Assembly: GCF_006345805.1 (NCBI RefSeq)
Contig: NC_042997.1
Coordinates: forward strand, 133,114,001 to 133,178,000
Length of the DNA stretch: 64,000 nucleotides
Direction of reading: 5' to 3'
From: Octopus sinensis
Taxonomy: Eukaryota
Shown here: positions 13,978 to 26,848 of the stretch, one piece after another
Numbering within the stretch: position 1 is the first letter of the stretch
Layout of the letters: each line of letters opens with the position of its first letter
Notes under the pieces: generated by a model
Databases searched by the model: none
The model's input: only the letters and a program-made list of their open reading frames with translations
What the model was told of the DNA's origin: nothing
Made by a program: the position numbers and the translations under genes

Positions 13978-14290
13978 TCAATTATCTGATACTTTCCTCA
14001 TCATTTTAGTTGTGCCAAGGAGGCAAACCTTTTGTAAGAGATTTACTGGGCACTCTCTCCCGATTTCCTTTATATTCCTCTTGATGCCTTCTGATACCCT
14101 CCCTAAGGACCCAACATTAATTGGCGCTTTCTTCACATTCTTTATTTCCATAGCCGGGCTACTTTGTACTTAAGGGTATTGTATACATCTATTTTTTTCT
14201 TGACTCTTCCTTCTTGACTCTTCGTGGGTCAAAGGGGTACGCAACATCAACTATAGAAGGCACATGATACACCTTGTCTACCACCAATAA
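13978..14290 (-). mobile_element. Second R4/Dong-type RLE LINE C-terminal fragment
   Basis: Manual translation with frameshifts: LLVVDK..IVDVAYPFDPR..EKIDVYNTLKYKVARLW..PINVGSLG..LLQKVCLLGTTKMMRKVSDN*. Confidence 0.75.
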
Positions 14291-14309
14291 TTTTTTTATG
14301 CTTTAGCAT

Positions 14310-14755
14310 TTGTGGTGAGCTAGCAGAATCTTTACCAAGCCTGACAAAATGCTTAGTGTTATTTTGACCTCCTTTACGTTCTGAGTTCAAATTCTGCCAA
14401 GGTCATCCTTGCTTTTTATCCTTTCAGGGTCGATAAAAAAATACCAGTTGGACATTGGGGTCGATGTAATCGACTTAGCGTCTCACCTGAAATTTTAGGC
14501 CTTGTGCCTATAACAGAAAGGACTATTAAGGGCGGCGAGCTGGGATTATCGTTAGCACACCGGGCAAAATGCTTAGCGGCGTTTTGTCTGTCTGCATGTT
14601 CTGAGTTCAAATTCCACCCTTCATCTCTTTTGGAGTCGATAAAATAAGTACTGGTTGATGACTACTGGGGTCGATCTAATCGACATACCCACTGGTCTGT
14701 AATTACTGGCCATGTACCAAAATTTGAAGCCACCACCACCACCACCACTACCACC

Positions 14756-14789
<34 letters not shown>

Positions 14790-14796
14790 TTACTAT

Positions 14797-14830
<34 letters not shown>

Positions 14831-14861
14831 GCTACTACTACTACTATTACTACTGCTGCTG

Positions 14862-14938
<77 letters not shown>

Positions 14939-15072
14939 GCTACTAAGGCGGCTGGCAGAATCTTAGGCACGCCGGACAAAATGCTTAACGGCATTTCTTC
15001 TAGCTTTACATTCTGAATTCAAATGCCACCAAGGTCAACTTTGCCTTTCATCCTTTCGGGGTCGATAAGATA
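14310..15072 (+). mobile_element. Cluster of three SINE family C copies separated by (CCA)n(CTA)n at 14730-14945
   Basis: Repeated CTGGCAGAATC..AAAATGCTTA..TTCTGAGTTCAAAT..GGGGTCGAT modules. Confidence 0.75.
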
Positions 15073-15082
15073 GATATCAATT

Positions 15083-15300
15083 ATAGTAATCCCTCGCCAC
15101 ATCGCGGTTTATTATTTAAGCTTGCGTCGATTCCTCTTTGGAGTTGTTTTGTATTTATAATAAAATAAATATATGCACATTATAAAAATGATTTTAAAAA
15201 AATACACAGTACAGTAACTGTTTCTATTTCGCAGTTATTTTTTACCTACCGCGGGGGGTGGGTTGGACCGTAACATCTGCGACTTTCGCAGACCGTAAAT
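15083..15300. mobile_element. pogo/Tigger-like MITE
   Basis: Reverse-complement similarity to 47018-47255 and to the MITE interrupted at 16575-18407. Confidence 0.6.
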
Positions 15301-15543
15301 GAGCTAATGAATGAATTAGTAAATGGGAGTGAGTGAGTGCATAAGAGAAAGAATTAGTAAATTAATAAATGTGTAAATAAATATATCAATGCAAGACTGG
15401 GTGGACGAATGAGTGAGTTTTTGATGATATTGTTCCCATGAATAATTACAATTATTTTAAAGAAAGGACACTTAACTTAAACGTTAGTGCCTAGCAAATT
15501 CGACACTCAGTCACTGAGTTGGTCATTCTCTCCTTCTTTTCTG

Positions 15544-16214
15544 GGATCTTTGACCTACAGATTTACAAAAATATTTTTTTGTAACTAAACCCTTTAAAAC
15601 TTCGGACACTGGTAGAATGTGTCATATAAAACATGTTTTACTCTTAGCATTTTTGAGAAAAACTTATATTTACGAAGTAATTTCATCTTAAAGTTCTCGT
15701 ATTTCGGTAATTTCAACCAATCAATGACGTGTATTCAGCTGAATAAAATGACTGCCGTTGTTTGTCAACAAGAACTTCCGGCGGTGTATATTTCGTTTGT
15801 CTGTTATTTATGACAACCCTAACCCTAAAACCTTAACCCTAACCCTAACAGTCTATCCCTAAAACCTTAACCCTAACCCTAAAACCCTAATCCTAACCAT
15901 AAAACCTTAAAACCAGTACAAACGTACGAACGATGTCATAAATAACAGTGACAAACGAAAAATACACCATCGATAGTTGTTGTTGACAAACAACGGCAGT
16001 AATTTTATTCAGCTGAATACACGTCATTGATTGGTTGAAATTACCGAAATACGAGAAATTTAAGGTGAAATTACTTCGTAAATATAAGTTTTTCTCAAGA
16101 ATGCTAAGAGTAAAATATGTTTTATATGACACATTCTACCAGTGTCCGAAGTTTGAAAGAGTTTAGTTTTAAAAAATTATTTTCAAATCTGTAGGTCAAA
16201 AGGTTCTGACATCC
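15544..16214. mobile_element. Foldback MITE with about 270-bp inverted arms around (CCCTAA)-like repeats
   Basis: 15544-15815 and about 15934-16214 are inverted copies; centre 15816-15912 holds AACCCTAACCCTAAAACCTTAA arrays; same family as 7899-8231. Confidence 0.88.
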
Positions 16215-16721
16215 CTTTTAGCCGCAGTACAGTGTTGCATAGAAGTAAATTTCTGATTAGCTCATCTCTTCTTAGACACAGAATCGAAAAGATTCTACAT
16301 TATGCCAAGTATTTACAGACCATTTTAAGCCAAAAAACGGCTGACATTTGAATTGGTTCATATTTGTAGGAACAGTGGGATGGGAAGCAGTTCAAGATTG
16401 TTGCAGAAAAGGTTGAAGCCGCGTAGATTTAGGTTTACATTTTTGGACTCACGATTGTTTCAAGGTTGTACTTTCGATTCCCAGACAGGATGACGCCTTG
16501 TTACTTTTTCTCTTTAGTTTTCTTTTTCAGCAAAGTATATCATTTTCTGGTGCTCCATTCTACTCAGCTGAAAATGAGTACACCCCCACCCCGCCACGAT
16601 AGGTAAAAATCCTCGAAGTAGAAACAGTACTGTATTGCGTATTTTTTTAATAATTTGTATATATTTATTTTATAATAAATGCAAAACAACACCACTGAGG
16701 AATCGACGTAAGCATAAATAA

Positions 16722-18360
16722 CACTGGTCAACAAAGTTAAATGTATTATACTCATAATGGATGCAAACCAACTTTTTAAGGCTAATTTTTCATGCTGATT
16801 TCAAAATTTCACTCCATTTGTATGCAGCACGTATCAGTTTTTCAGTAGATATATGCAAATATTTACATATTTGTCTATATGAAATCATTAGCATAATAAA
16901 TTAGGGCATATTATTTTTAGAAAGTAAATGAGTTTATTGAGTTAAAAATCATCACTATCATTCTACATAGAGTGAATACACAAAAAATGGGTCAGATAAA
17001 ACAAAGGTCAAACAACAGAGTTAGAAGCATCTTGATTTTGATTTCCTACAGTGTTCTTGATCTGGTTGATCACGGTAAAGTAGTCAGCCAACATACTGTT
17101 ATTCCAGAAGCCTTAGTACCGTTTCTCCATAGCACTAAAGTCCTGGTGAAATCTTTCACCATGTTCATCAGACACTGCTTCAAGGTTATCTGCGAAGAAA
17201 TCCAGATGGGAGTCCAAGAAGTGAACTTTCAATGACACGCGACAACCTATTGCTGAGTAACATTTCAAAAGATTCTTGATGTCATCCTTGTAGTCCATTG
17301 CCTTCTTGTTGTCCAAGAAATTCTCACAGATCCAATTGAAAGCATTCCAGGCAGGCAGTTCCAGTTCATCCAGTGTTGTCATGAAGTTGACATCTTTGAG
17401 TACTTCTCTAATTTGGAGTCCCACAAAAATACCCTCTTTCAACTTCGCCGGTGTGATTTCAGGAAACTTTTCTACAATATACTCAAACCATCTGGCATTT
17501 CTCTTCCCCAGTGTCTTTACAAACTTTTTCATCCGTCCAAGCTTTATGTGCAAAGGAGGCAATATGACATTACACAGATCTATAACAGGTGTATTCTTGA
17601 CGCTAGACTGTCCTGGCTGGTATGATATTCTTGTCTGCCAGTTTGTGACATTTACTTTGCAAAAATAACAGTCATTACAATGGTTTTTTGGCTCCGTCTA
17701 TATTGGAATAGCAAAAGGCATGGAATTCTTCTTACTGAACCAGTCATGTAAGCCATTTGAGCAAGCTGAGCAAGTAAAAGTGGTGCCATAACATGTCCTG
17801 ATCTCTAAGAGGACAGTCAAAGTATAGCTTACAAATCTTCTTGATCTCTGGTATTATTGTACCTTTTTGAGTTTTCACAATAAATTGACCACAGATATAA
17901 ACAAAACGCACTAGGACGATTTCTACACTGTCTTCGCATTGTTAACACCGTAAAGCAAGTAAGGAACTATATACAAATGGTTATACTTGTATTGAAATTG
18001 AGATGAGGAAATATTTCATGAGACCAATTATGACTGGACAATTTGAAATGTTGAAATATCTATTTCCTCAGACAAAACTTGATTTGTTAATTTAAGATGA
18101 TGAAATACTGAATCTGAACTATGCAGCAATGAATAATGTATTTTATTTTAAAGGTATGTTTCCTTGATATAAATGAAATACATGTATACATGTCATTAAT
18201 TGGAATTTCTAAATAATGCATGAGCTAAAACCAAACAAATTTCTCACCTTGAAAACTGTACGTGATGTCAAAAAACTAATTGTATATTTGAAATCAGCAT
18301 TAAAAACTACACTAAGTACACCTTAACATATGCTTGATGAAAAATACTTGCTGACCAGTG
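16722..18360 (-). mobile_element. Chapaev3-like (CMC) DNA transposon, internally deleted
   Basis: Termini CACTGGTCA..TGACCAGTG with TAA TSD; N-terminus MRRQCRNRPSAFC/YICGQF from 17939; C-terminus PPLHIKLG..KLKEGIFVG..SLKVHFLDSHLDFF..SDEHGERFHQD. Confidence 0.85.
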
Positions 18361-19404
18361 TAATAAACCGTGATAGGTGAACCGCGATATGGAGAGGGAT
18401 TACTGTACCTGCAAAAGTGGGGATTCATTTCGAAACGGACTGGGCAAGACTACTCTTGATGCCTTTGTACTGAGAAAACTGGGATACGTTGCGGCCTAAT
18501 GAGTCTGTAGACACTCGCTAGACCGAAGAACTTCGGTAAGAAAGATTGGGTCTAGCAAGAAACTTAGAATTTAAACAAAATAGAGGAGGAGGAGAGAGAC
18601 AGGTGGGTTTCAGCTTTCTAGTTTAGATATATAATAAATGCTGTTATAACGGGGAAGAGAAAGCATAAAATATTGGTATCGAGTAGTTTTCATGAAGGTT
18701 TGCTGAAAAATTGATAGGGTTTATTTATTTAAAATATTTTTGCGTACTAACTGCTCCGTCTCATATATGTATGTGTGTGTGTGTGTATGAGAGAGAGAGA
18801 GAGAGAGTGTTGTGTGTGTGTGTGTGTGTGTGGTGTGTGTGTGTGTGTGTGTAGTGCACCTATTTGGGTTGTATTTGATCTTTGAAGAGTAACGTTTGTT
18901 CAACATTAAAGTATTTTGGGCCGTAAAAACCTAGCTTTGAAAAACAATGACGTTTGAGTTGTTATGTTTTAACTATAAAGTGCGGGCATTATATGACAGT
19001 AAGATATAGAATTTTTTATGGGTAAATAATGCGAAGTAGCGAAACACTGCTTGTTTTGTATGTTGTGATAAATGACATGCTTCCAGTAGAAAATATGTTC
19101 AAGCAATCTGTTTTTGTGGTAGTCATATGATGTGGTTTAACTCCTTAAGTTATTCTTAATTAAGGAAACCTAAGATGAAACTCATCTTTACTTCTGCACA
19201 TCAGGCTTAACTCTAAAAGATTAAATGATCTAATTTGTGATTTCTATTTTTAAAATGGTAGCGTCTAGTATGAGGTTATTTGGCTGGTATTTCTAGCAGG
19301 CTGAGCGACTACAAAGAGACTTCCGGAAGTGGTAGGTGTTCAGGGTGAAACATGAACTAGGACAGTGTGCGAAAGGTGATTATGAAAAGAACTAAAGTCA
19401 AAAG

Positions 19405-19747
19405 CAGTGTTATCAACCGGGGTCCACATGACTTTTGACGGTCCACATGACTCCATTTAGTATTTTGTGGGCTTCACACAAGCAACATACCAAATTGGGG
19501 ATCCACAGTTGTATATTAAGGGTCCATGAAGAAATTTCGCTTCAGATGTATTTATTGTAAGAAGCAGCTAGTTTTCTTTCGCTAATGTTTTACATAGTTC
19601 AACCTGCGCAAAGTTATGTGCTGAAAACAAAATAGGAATTTAAAAGATATTAATGAAAACGAGTTTTTAAACATGGAATGGCTATGGGGTCCATCAGTGT
19701 AAAATAGTAATGAATGCGGTTCATAGATAAAAACTGTTGAGTGACTG
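19405..19747. mobile_element. hAT-Charlie-like MITE
   Basis: Starts CAGTGTTATCAACC; body similar to 48797-49145. Confidence 0.55.
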
Positions 19748-20115
19748 TGTGGTAAAAAGCTTGCTTCCCAACCATATGGTTCCAATTTCAGTCCCTCTAC
19801 GTGGAACATTGGGCAAGTGTCTTCTACTATAGACTCGGGCCAACCAAAGCCGCGAGTAGATTTGGCAGTATATATTTGCATGTATATATTTGTGTGCGCG
19901 CGTGGGCGTGTGTGTTTGTACCCCCCCCCCATCACTTGACAACCGATGTTGGTATGTTTATGTCCCTGTAACGCAGCGGTTCGGCAAAAGAAACCGACAG
20001 GATAAGTACAAGGCTTACAAAGAATAAGTCCTGTGGTCGATTTGTTCGATTAAAGGATGTGCTCCAGCATGACCGCATTCAAATGACTGAAACAAGTTAA
20101 AGAATAAAAGAATAT
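19745..20115 (+). mobile_element. SINE family A
   Basis: Diverged full-length copy. Confidence 0.85.
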
Positions 20116-20694
20116 AATAGAATCCGGGTAGGAGAAAGCTACATGTACGCTTGCTACGAGGAAGGGTTTTCACGAGTAACATGTGATCCGCTAACATGTG
20201 ATCCCCTAACATGTGATCTACAGTACATTACATCAAATGTAGCAGAATAGGAGTACTCAGAGATATGACTTGCAGGGCTAGGAACACACTACTTACATCC
20301 CTGGCCACAATGACATGTCATAGATGATTAAGTATAAGTAAATGTGTCAGATATTTAGTGAATGTATGTATAAATGCGTCTGAGGAAAAACAGTAAACCG
20401 GAGAACATGAATAACATTGAGTATTTTCGTGTATGTAATGTGTATGTGTAGACATTTGCATGTGACGCATGGGCGTACATATTCGTCTTTGGATGGGTAC
20501 ATGATAGCATGTATGTGTATATGTGTGTAAGAATCTGTGTCAGTGTATGTGTATGATGAATGAGTTGTGTTTGTACTTTCTTGCTGCTATAAAGCGCTTA
20601 AAGAGTTTCATAGTTGAATGGAAACCTTTTGGCGTCAAATTGGCTTGTCAGTTTGACTTCTTAAATTGGTACACAAACATTCATATACTTAAAA

Positions 20695-21240
<546 letters not shown>

Positions 21241-22790
21241 TAGAGGAAAAAGGCGAGAGAGAAAGAAAGAAAGGGGAGATGTGAATATTTTGGAGAAAGG
21301 AAAGCAAGGAAGGGTAAAGAGAATGATGATGAAGCAGAGTAAAAACGATGCAATTTGAGAAATAAATTTAGTTTGTAATTTGCTGGTAAATGCTACGAGG
21401 ATTAATAAATAGTTATCTGAACTAAATCTGGATTTTTTGTTACTTGTTTCACTATCATATTCTATTATTCTGTCATTCTTGCCTTCGTTTGTTTATTTTT
21501 GTTATTCTTAGATTATTTATTTTGTCTTGTTCACTTTCTCTTTTCTCTTTGCTTTCTATTAATTATTACTGCAATTATTCTTTTCATTATCTTTTTTTAC
21601 CTCCTTATATAGTTATTGCTCTTTCTTTCTCCATCTTCTTTCTCATTTCGTTCATTTTGTTTCCCTTCATTTTATTATTAGAGTTTCTTTTCTTGCTTCT
21701 TTCATTTTAAACATCCTAACATTCTCTATAACTCTTACCCTCTCTTTAGCACCGACTCTCTCTCTGTCTCTCTCACTTTCTTTTTTTTTTTCTCTCTCTC
21801 TTTCTCTCCGTCTCTCCAGCTCTCTTTCCACACAATGCTGCCTTCAAAATGGCGATTGATTTCACACTAACTGCAAAACATTTTATATTATCAGTCTTCT
21901 TCGTGTTTTGATTAATTCTTGAATAGGCCGACTCACTAATGGAAATGAAAAATACAAAATTATGAAATCGATGTCAAAATAGCAAACATGTTGTCATATT
22001 GAGAACAAGATTTAAAAAATAAATAAGAAAATAAGAAAAAGAAATAGAATTCCAATTATTTATAGATAATTAGAAATATGATTTCTTCTTTAAAGTTCTG
22101 CATTGATTTGTAATAAATCAGTTTTAACAAAATATAAAAAAAAATTGCTTAAAATAATACTGTAATTTTTAATGTCTTCGGGATATTTATTTCTATACTA
22201 TTATTTTTATTATCATTATCATCATTTTATCATCCTTCTCCCCCTCCTTATCATCATCAGCACCATCATTAATATCATCATCATCATCATCATCATTAAC
22301 GCCACCAACAGCAACTGCAGCTGCTCAAGTAGACGTTCCAAGCGGAGTTCTTCAAATTTTGGATAAATATTTTACTTTCAATTTCTAGGAACGTGAAAAC
22401 AATCTCAGGTTTTGTTTTCTTTCTAAAAGAACGGAAGAAAATAAGATGCAATTTGTGGTAGAGGGCAGAAAGCTTAGATGTTCTGTTTGTGAACAAGAAA
22501 GGCATCTGAAGGCACTTTTTTTGTTTCCAAACACAACAGCGATTTCAAAAATAACAAGAAAAAATAAACAAAAATAAAACTTCCAGTGATGACATATAAA
22601 CACAGAACAACTGTAATAGCAACATGTCTTTTAGTGTTGCCTTTTAAAAACAACTTTGTAGAATGCATTCTAATACAATCACGGACTGTTGAGGCAGGAG
22701 AAATTATGAATCTTTCCTCATCATTAATTGGTGCACCCAAATATATATATATATATGTGCACCCAAATATATATATATATATATGTGTGT

Positions 22791-22825
<35 letters not shown>

Positions 22826-23021
22826 CATGCACCCAACACCAGAGCTGAAGACACCTCCGAAGGGGGGGGGGCACGTCAAAACGGTAGAGGAGTAGGGGCC
22901 GAAACCGGACGTGGTTCCTCCTGATGATGTCTTGAGCTAACTGGATCCTATAAAGGAGCTGTTGTGGTAGCATACCACGAAACACGGTTGTAATTCCTCA
23001 TGTATGTATGTATGTATCTAT

Positions 23022-23340
23022 GTGAAGGCGCTTGGCTCAGTTGTTAGAGCGTCGAGCTTACGATCGTGAGGTTGTACGTTCGAATCCTGGACCGGGCTCC
23101 TTGTTGTGTTCTTGAGTAAGACACTTTATTTCACGTTGCTCCAGTTCACTCAGCTGTAGAAATGAGTTGCGACGTCACAGGTGCTAAGCTGTATCGGCCT
23201 TTGCTTTTCCCTTGGATAACACCGGTAGCGTGGAGAGGGGAGGCTGGTATGCATGGGTCACTGCTGTTATTCCATAAACAACCTTGCCCGGACTTGTGCC
23301 TGGGAGGGTAACTTTCAGTCATGACCGAGGGGAGTCTCAG
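23022..23340 (+). mobile_element. SINE family B2 (tRNA head)
   Basis: Close match to 51456-51775 (CACTTTATTTCACGTTGCTCCAGTTCACTCAGCTGTAGAAATGAG). Confidence 0.85.
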
Positions 23341-23352
23341 CATATATATATG

Positions 23353-23530
23353 CTCTTTTACTGTTTTACTTGTTTCAATCATTTGACTGCAACCATGCTG
23401 AATCACCGCCTTTGAATCAAAGAAATCGATCCCAGGACTTATTCATTGTAAGCTCTTTTGCCAAACCACTAAGTTATGGGGACGTACACACACCAACATC
23501 GACTGTCTAGCGATGGGGGTGGGAGAAGAA
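23353..23530 (-). mobile_element. SINE family A 3' part, diverged
   Basis: Reverse complement of the family A tail. Confidence 0.75.
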
Positions 23531-23579
23531 ACAGAGTCACAATGGCACTCACATAAATAAATAAATTATACATATTAGT

Positions 23580-23860
23580 ACGCCTTATTTGGATGTCCTT
23601 TTTGGGTTTCGTCTACTTTGCTGATAAGACTTGTTAGACATGTCACATCTTCCACACTGTCTAGTGGCTTTGTGTTAATAGGGTATATTCTGGATTGGTG
23701 TTCTGTGACATGTGTTTCCGAGATATTGATGTTTAAGGCCTATCTGCTTTGTATAATTGTTCAGCCTATCAATTTTCTCCTTTACCTGAACTCTCTTTTA
23801 AGTAGAGCTACCAGGTTATTCACTTAAACAAAAAAAATTGTCTACTGGAAGACCTTCGGC
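23580..23860 (-). mobile_element. RTE-clade LINE RT fragment, decayed
   Basis: Residual KEKIDRLNNYTKQIGL..INISET..PLDSVEDVTCLTSLISK..QKDIQIR, resembling GLxINxxKT..VExFxYLGSxI..DIxxR. Confidence 0.6.
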
Positions 23861-23897
23861 TTAGATGGTGTGATCTTTAAGATATATATACATAATA

Positions 23898-24035
23898 TAG
23901 GCATGGCTGTGTGGTAAGAAGCTTCCCAATCACATGGTCCCTAGTTCAGTCCCACTGCGTTGTACCTTGGGCAAGTGCCATCTACTATAGGCTCGAGTGG
24001 ATTTGGTTGACGGAAACTGAAAGACGTCCGTCATA
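23898..24035 (+). mobile_element. SINE family A 5' part
   Basis: GGCTGTGTGGTAAG..GTTCAGTCCCACTGCG..ACGGAAACTGAAAGA. Confidence 0.8.
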
Positions 24036-24544
24036 TGTATAAGGTGTGGCATCGAATACAGGTAAATAGTGAAATGAGGCATGAATATGAGTAACTGGAT
24101 AGCTTCATTGTCAAACATTGGATAGCTTCAGAAAAACCTCAGCATCTTTTGGCTCAACAAAATGTCAAATGAAGCGCTGGATATCAAAACCGACCGCAAT
24201 AGTATGGTCTTTGAAAGTTACCACTAAGATGGATACCGTCTAAAATTAAAAGCCTTGGTTACTTAAACTGTTTGATTTGTAAGTCTTTCTGTCTTGTATC
24301 TTACGAAAGTATAAATGATTCCAGACTTTCGTTGCTGTGGTTTACATAGCAACACTCAATCAGTAATTGCTTTTGTCTGTAGCTATGACAATAGTGGGCG
24401 GCTTGATAGAAACAATGCAATTCAAATAAACACGGGCACACACTTAAGACAGTGATGCACTGAGAAGATAATGGCACATGCGTTATTCCATTTTAATTAT
24501 TGACGTAAGTTTAGCACAATATCAACAACGTTGAGTGAAGAGGA

Positions 24545-25080
24545 AACTCGATTACATCGACTCCAGTGCGTTACTGGTACTTTATTTTATCGACCAGGAA
24601 AGGATGAAAGATAAAGTCAACCGCGGCGGAGTTTGAACGCAGAAAGTAAGGAGTCGGAAGAAAGATTGTAAAGTCTTTTGTCAGACGGGCTAAACATCCT
24701 GTCAGCTTTAATATTTATAATTCTTTCAATTGTAAGCTTAAGGCCTGAAATTTTGGGGAGGAGGATAATCGATTACATCGACCCTGTGCTCAACTGGTAC
24801 TTATTTCATCGATCCCGATAAAATGAAATGCAAAATCGACCTCCACGAAATTTGAACTAAGAATGCAAGGCCTTTAATGTTTATATATATTGATTTAAGA
24901 TTTTCGCAGAAGGCCAGCAATTTCGACTTCAGTGCTTAACTATTACTTATTTTATCAACCACGAAAGGATGAAAGACAAGGTTGACTTCAGCGAAATTTG
25001 AACACAGAGCGTTCAAACGGACGAAATGCCGCTAAGCATTTTGCCTGGCGTGGTAACGATTTTGCCAGCTCGCCGCCTTA
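24545..25080 (-). mobile_element. Three SINE family C copies
   Basis: Repeated CTGGTACTTATTTTATCGAC..AAAGGATGAAAG modules. Confidence 0.7.
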
Positions 25081-25289
25081 ATGTTTATATATAATTGAAG
25101 CAGTTTTAAGAGCTGGCCACAGAAAATTTTCGTATACAACCAGAAACTACAAAGGAATACTTTATTGTTGAAACAAAAGTTTCAATATTTATGCATTTTG
25201 TCAGGTGTACAAAGCAACGATAATTCAATTTATATAGGAAAGCAAAACTTTGGTGGGGGAAGAACTCAGAAGGAAAACAGCTTGAAAAT

Positions 25290-25563
25290 ACAGTTCTATA
25301 TTTAAGAGATGAGAAATTATGTGCATTACTTACATTATTTACATTCAACGGATATTTGTCCTCATCTTGTTTGTTGTTAACACAAAGTTTCGGCTGATAT
25401 ACCCTCCAGCTTTCTTCAGGTGTCTTGGGGGAAATTTCGAACATGGGTTCTCATTCCTAAGGTATTTTTCGATGTTATTATTATTGTTCAGGTCACTGCT
25501 TGGAATCGAACTCGGAATCTTGGGGTTAGTAGCCTGCGCTCTTAACCACTACGCCATATGCCC
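25290..25563 (-). mobile_element. tRNA-headed short element with a hammerhead-like motif
   Basis: Head GGGCATATGGCGTAGTGGTTAAGAGCG..GTTCGATTCC (boxes A and B); GACAC-CTGAAGA-A-AGCTG..CAGCC-GAAAC-TTT-GTGTT at 25379-25424. Confidence 0.7.
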
Positions 25564-26422
25564 GTGTAAATAAAGCTTGAAAATAATTATAAATTTCAAT
25601 TGAGATGATGGTTGTGACTATGACTTTTTATATAAGGAAATAAAACTGCAAGAAAAAAATAGAAAAATATTAAATTTTAAATGAGATAATGGCTCTTCCT
25701 TCGAAGCTACCTCAGTCTGAAGTAAAGAGTCAGCAAAATTTAAATTGTTAATGATGACTGTTAATGATGATCATCATGCTCTTTTCGAGTCGAGTGATAC
25801 AATGACAGCCGAATGAGTGCGTTGCTGCTGACAGTGTTTAAGTTGGTTGATTTTCTTGTTAATTCTTTTTATTTTTCTGATAATTGCTCTTCTATTTCTT
25901 GGGATTCTGCGCTTAGATTTGAATACTGATCTTAATGGAGTATGTTTTGTGCATATATATGTCACATATACAAATGTCTGCCATGATGAATTGATGTTGG
26001 AGGGGGTGTGCTAGCGTGAAGGCCCAATCAACTTGTGAAGGATCATAATTGATCGCATCCCAGTCTATGTTATGAAAATCCATAGTGTCACATGGAGGGA
26101 CTGGAGAGATGTCACTGGATTTGATCTTTGGGTGGTAGAATCTCAGATCGCAGAGAACTAACAAAATTAGATTGTTGCAATAAGAATACAAGCTATAAAA
26201 TATACAATACTATAAGAATTATTATTGTGGTTATTAAATTTAGTTAGTATCATTCTTATTTTTATTATCATCAATTTAATAATAAATTAAATGAATGTAT
26301 TTCGAAACATAATTATTTAGTATAATGGAGATATCTTATTTGTGATTTATAATTAATATTAAATTACTACTATAATGAAGTATTTTACAGTAAATACAAG
26401 TATTTGCACTAGAAAGATTCAA

Positions 26423-26848
26423 AACTTTTTCTTTTTATAGGACTTCTGGATAATACCTTCCTTGTTGACTACTGCTCTCTCTGATGCTGTGTTTGACTTC
26501 CTGTTCCAGGCATGGAAGTTACATGAGTAATCATCTTTGCCAAAATAGGCCTACACCTCTTCACAGGTTATTTCAATACTGGTGATCAAGTACTTGTCTC
26601 CGCTTTTCGGGTCCGTCACCTCCACTTTGGACATGCTGTGTAAAGGCACTCCCTGTTCACTACACTTGAATTGTACGTCAGTGGCACCCTTCACATGACA
26701 GCTGACCAGCGCCGGCTTGTACCTCAGCATATAGACATCATCCGGCTGTTTGATAAAGACAGGCAGGTCACTGGCTGTGCGGGTTCCAGCTCCTGTGTTG
26801 CTGCCACCGCCGCCTGTTCCAATGGCAGCCATTGGAATGAAAACACCT
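26423..26848 (-). pseudogene. unc5: UNC5-like netrin receptor fragment (first Ig domain) with an in-frame TAG
   Basis: LPVFIKQPDDVYMLRYKPALVSCHVKGATDVQFKCSEQ..IEITCEEV*AYFGKDDYSCNFHAWN matches the UNC5 Ig1 pattern PxFxxEPxDxYIxKNKPxxLxC..IYFKCNGEW..VSRQQVEELFGxEDYWCQCVAW; TAG at 26551-26553; no other UNC5 exons seen. Confidence 0.8.

Noticed and set aside
15816-15912. True telomere or chromosome fusion site
   Set aside because: Short, degenerate, single orientation and enclosed by transposon arms.
21835-21860. YY1-like CAAAATGGCG promoter motif after a CT tract
   Set aside because: A single short motif with no supporting exon or CpG-rich context.
22895-22935. Hammerhead from CCGAAACC..GGTT..CTGATGA
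   Set aside because: Only about 4 nt are available for stem I and I found no convincing stem II; more likely a LINE 3' UTR remnant.
25490-25563. Functional tRNA gene (also SINE heads at 13613, 23022, 40273, 51456)
   Set aside because: Boxes A and B are present but the acceptor and anticodon stems are poor and there is no oligo-T terminator; these are element heads.
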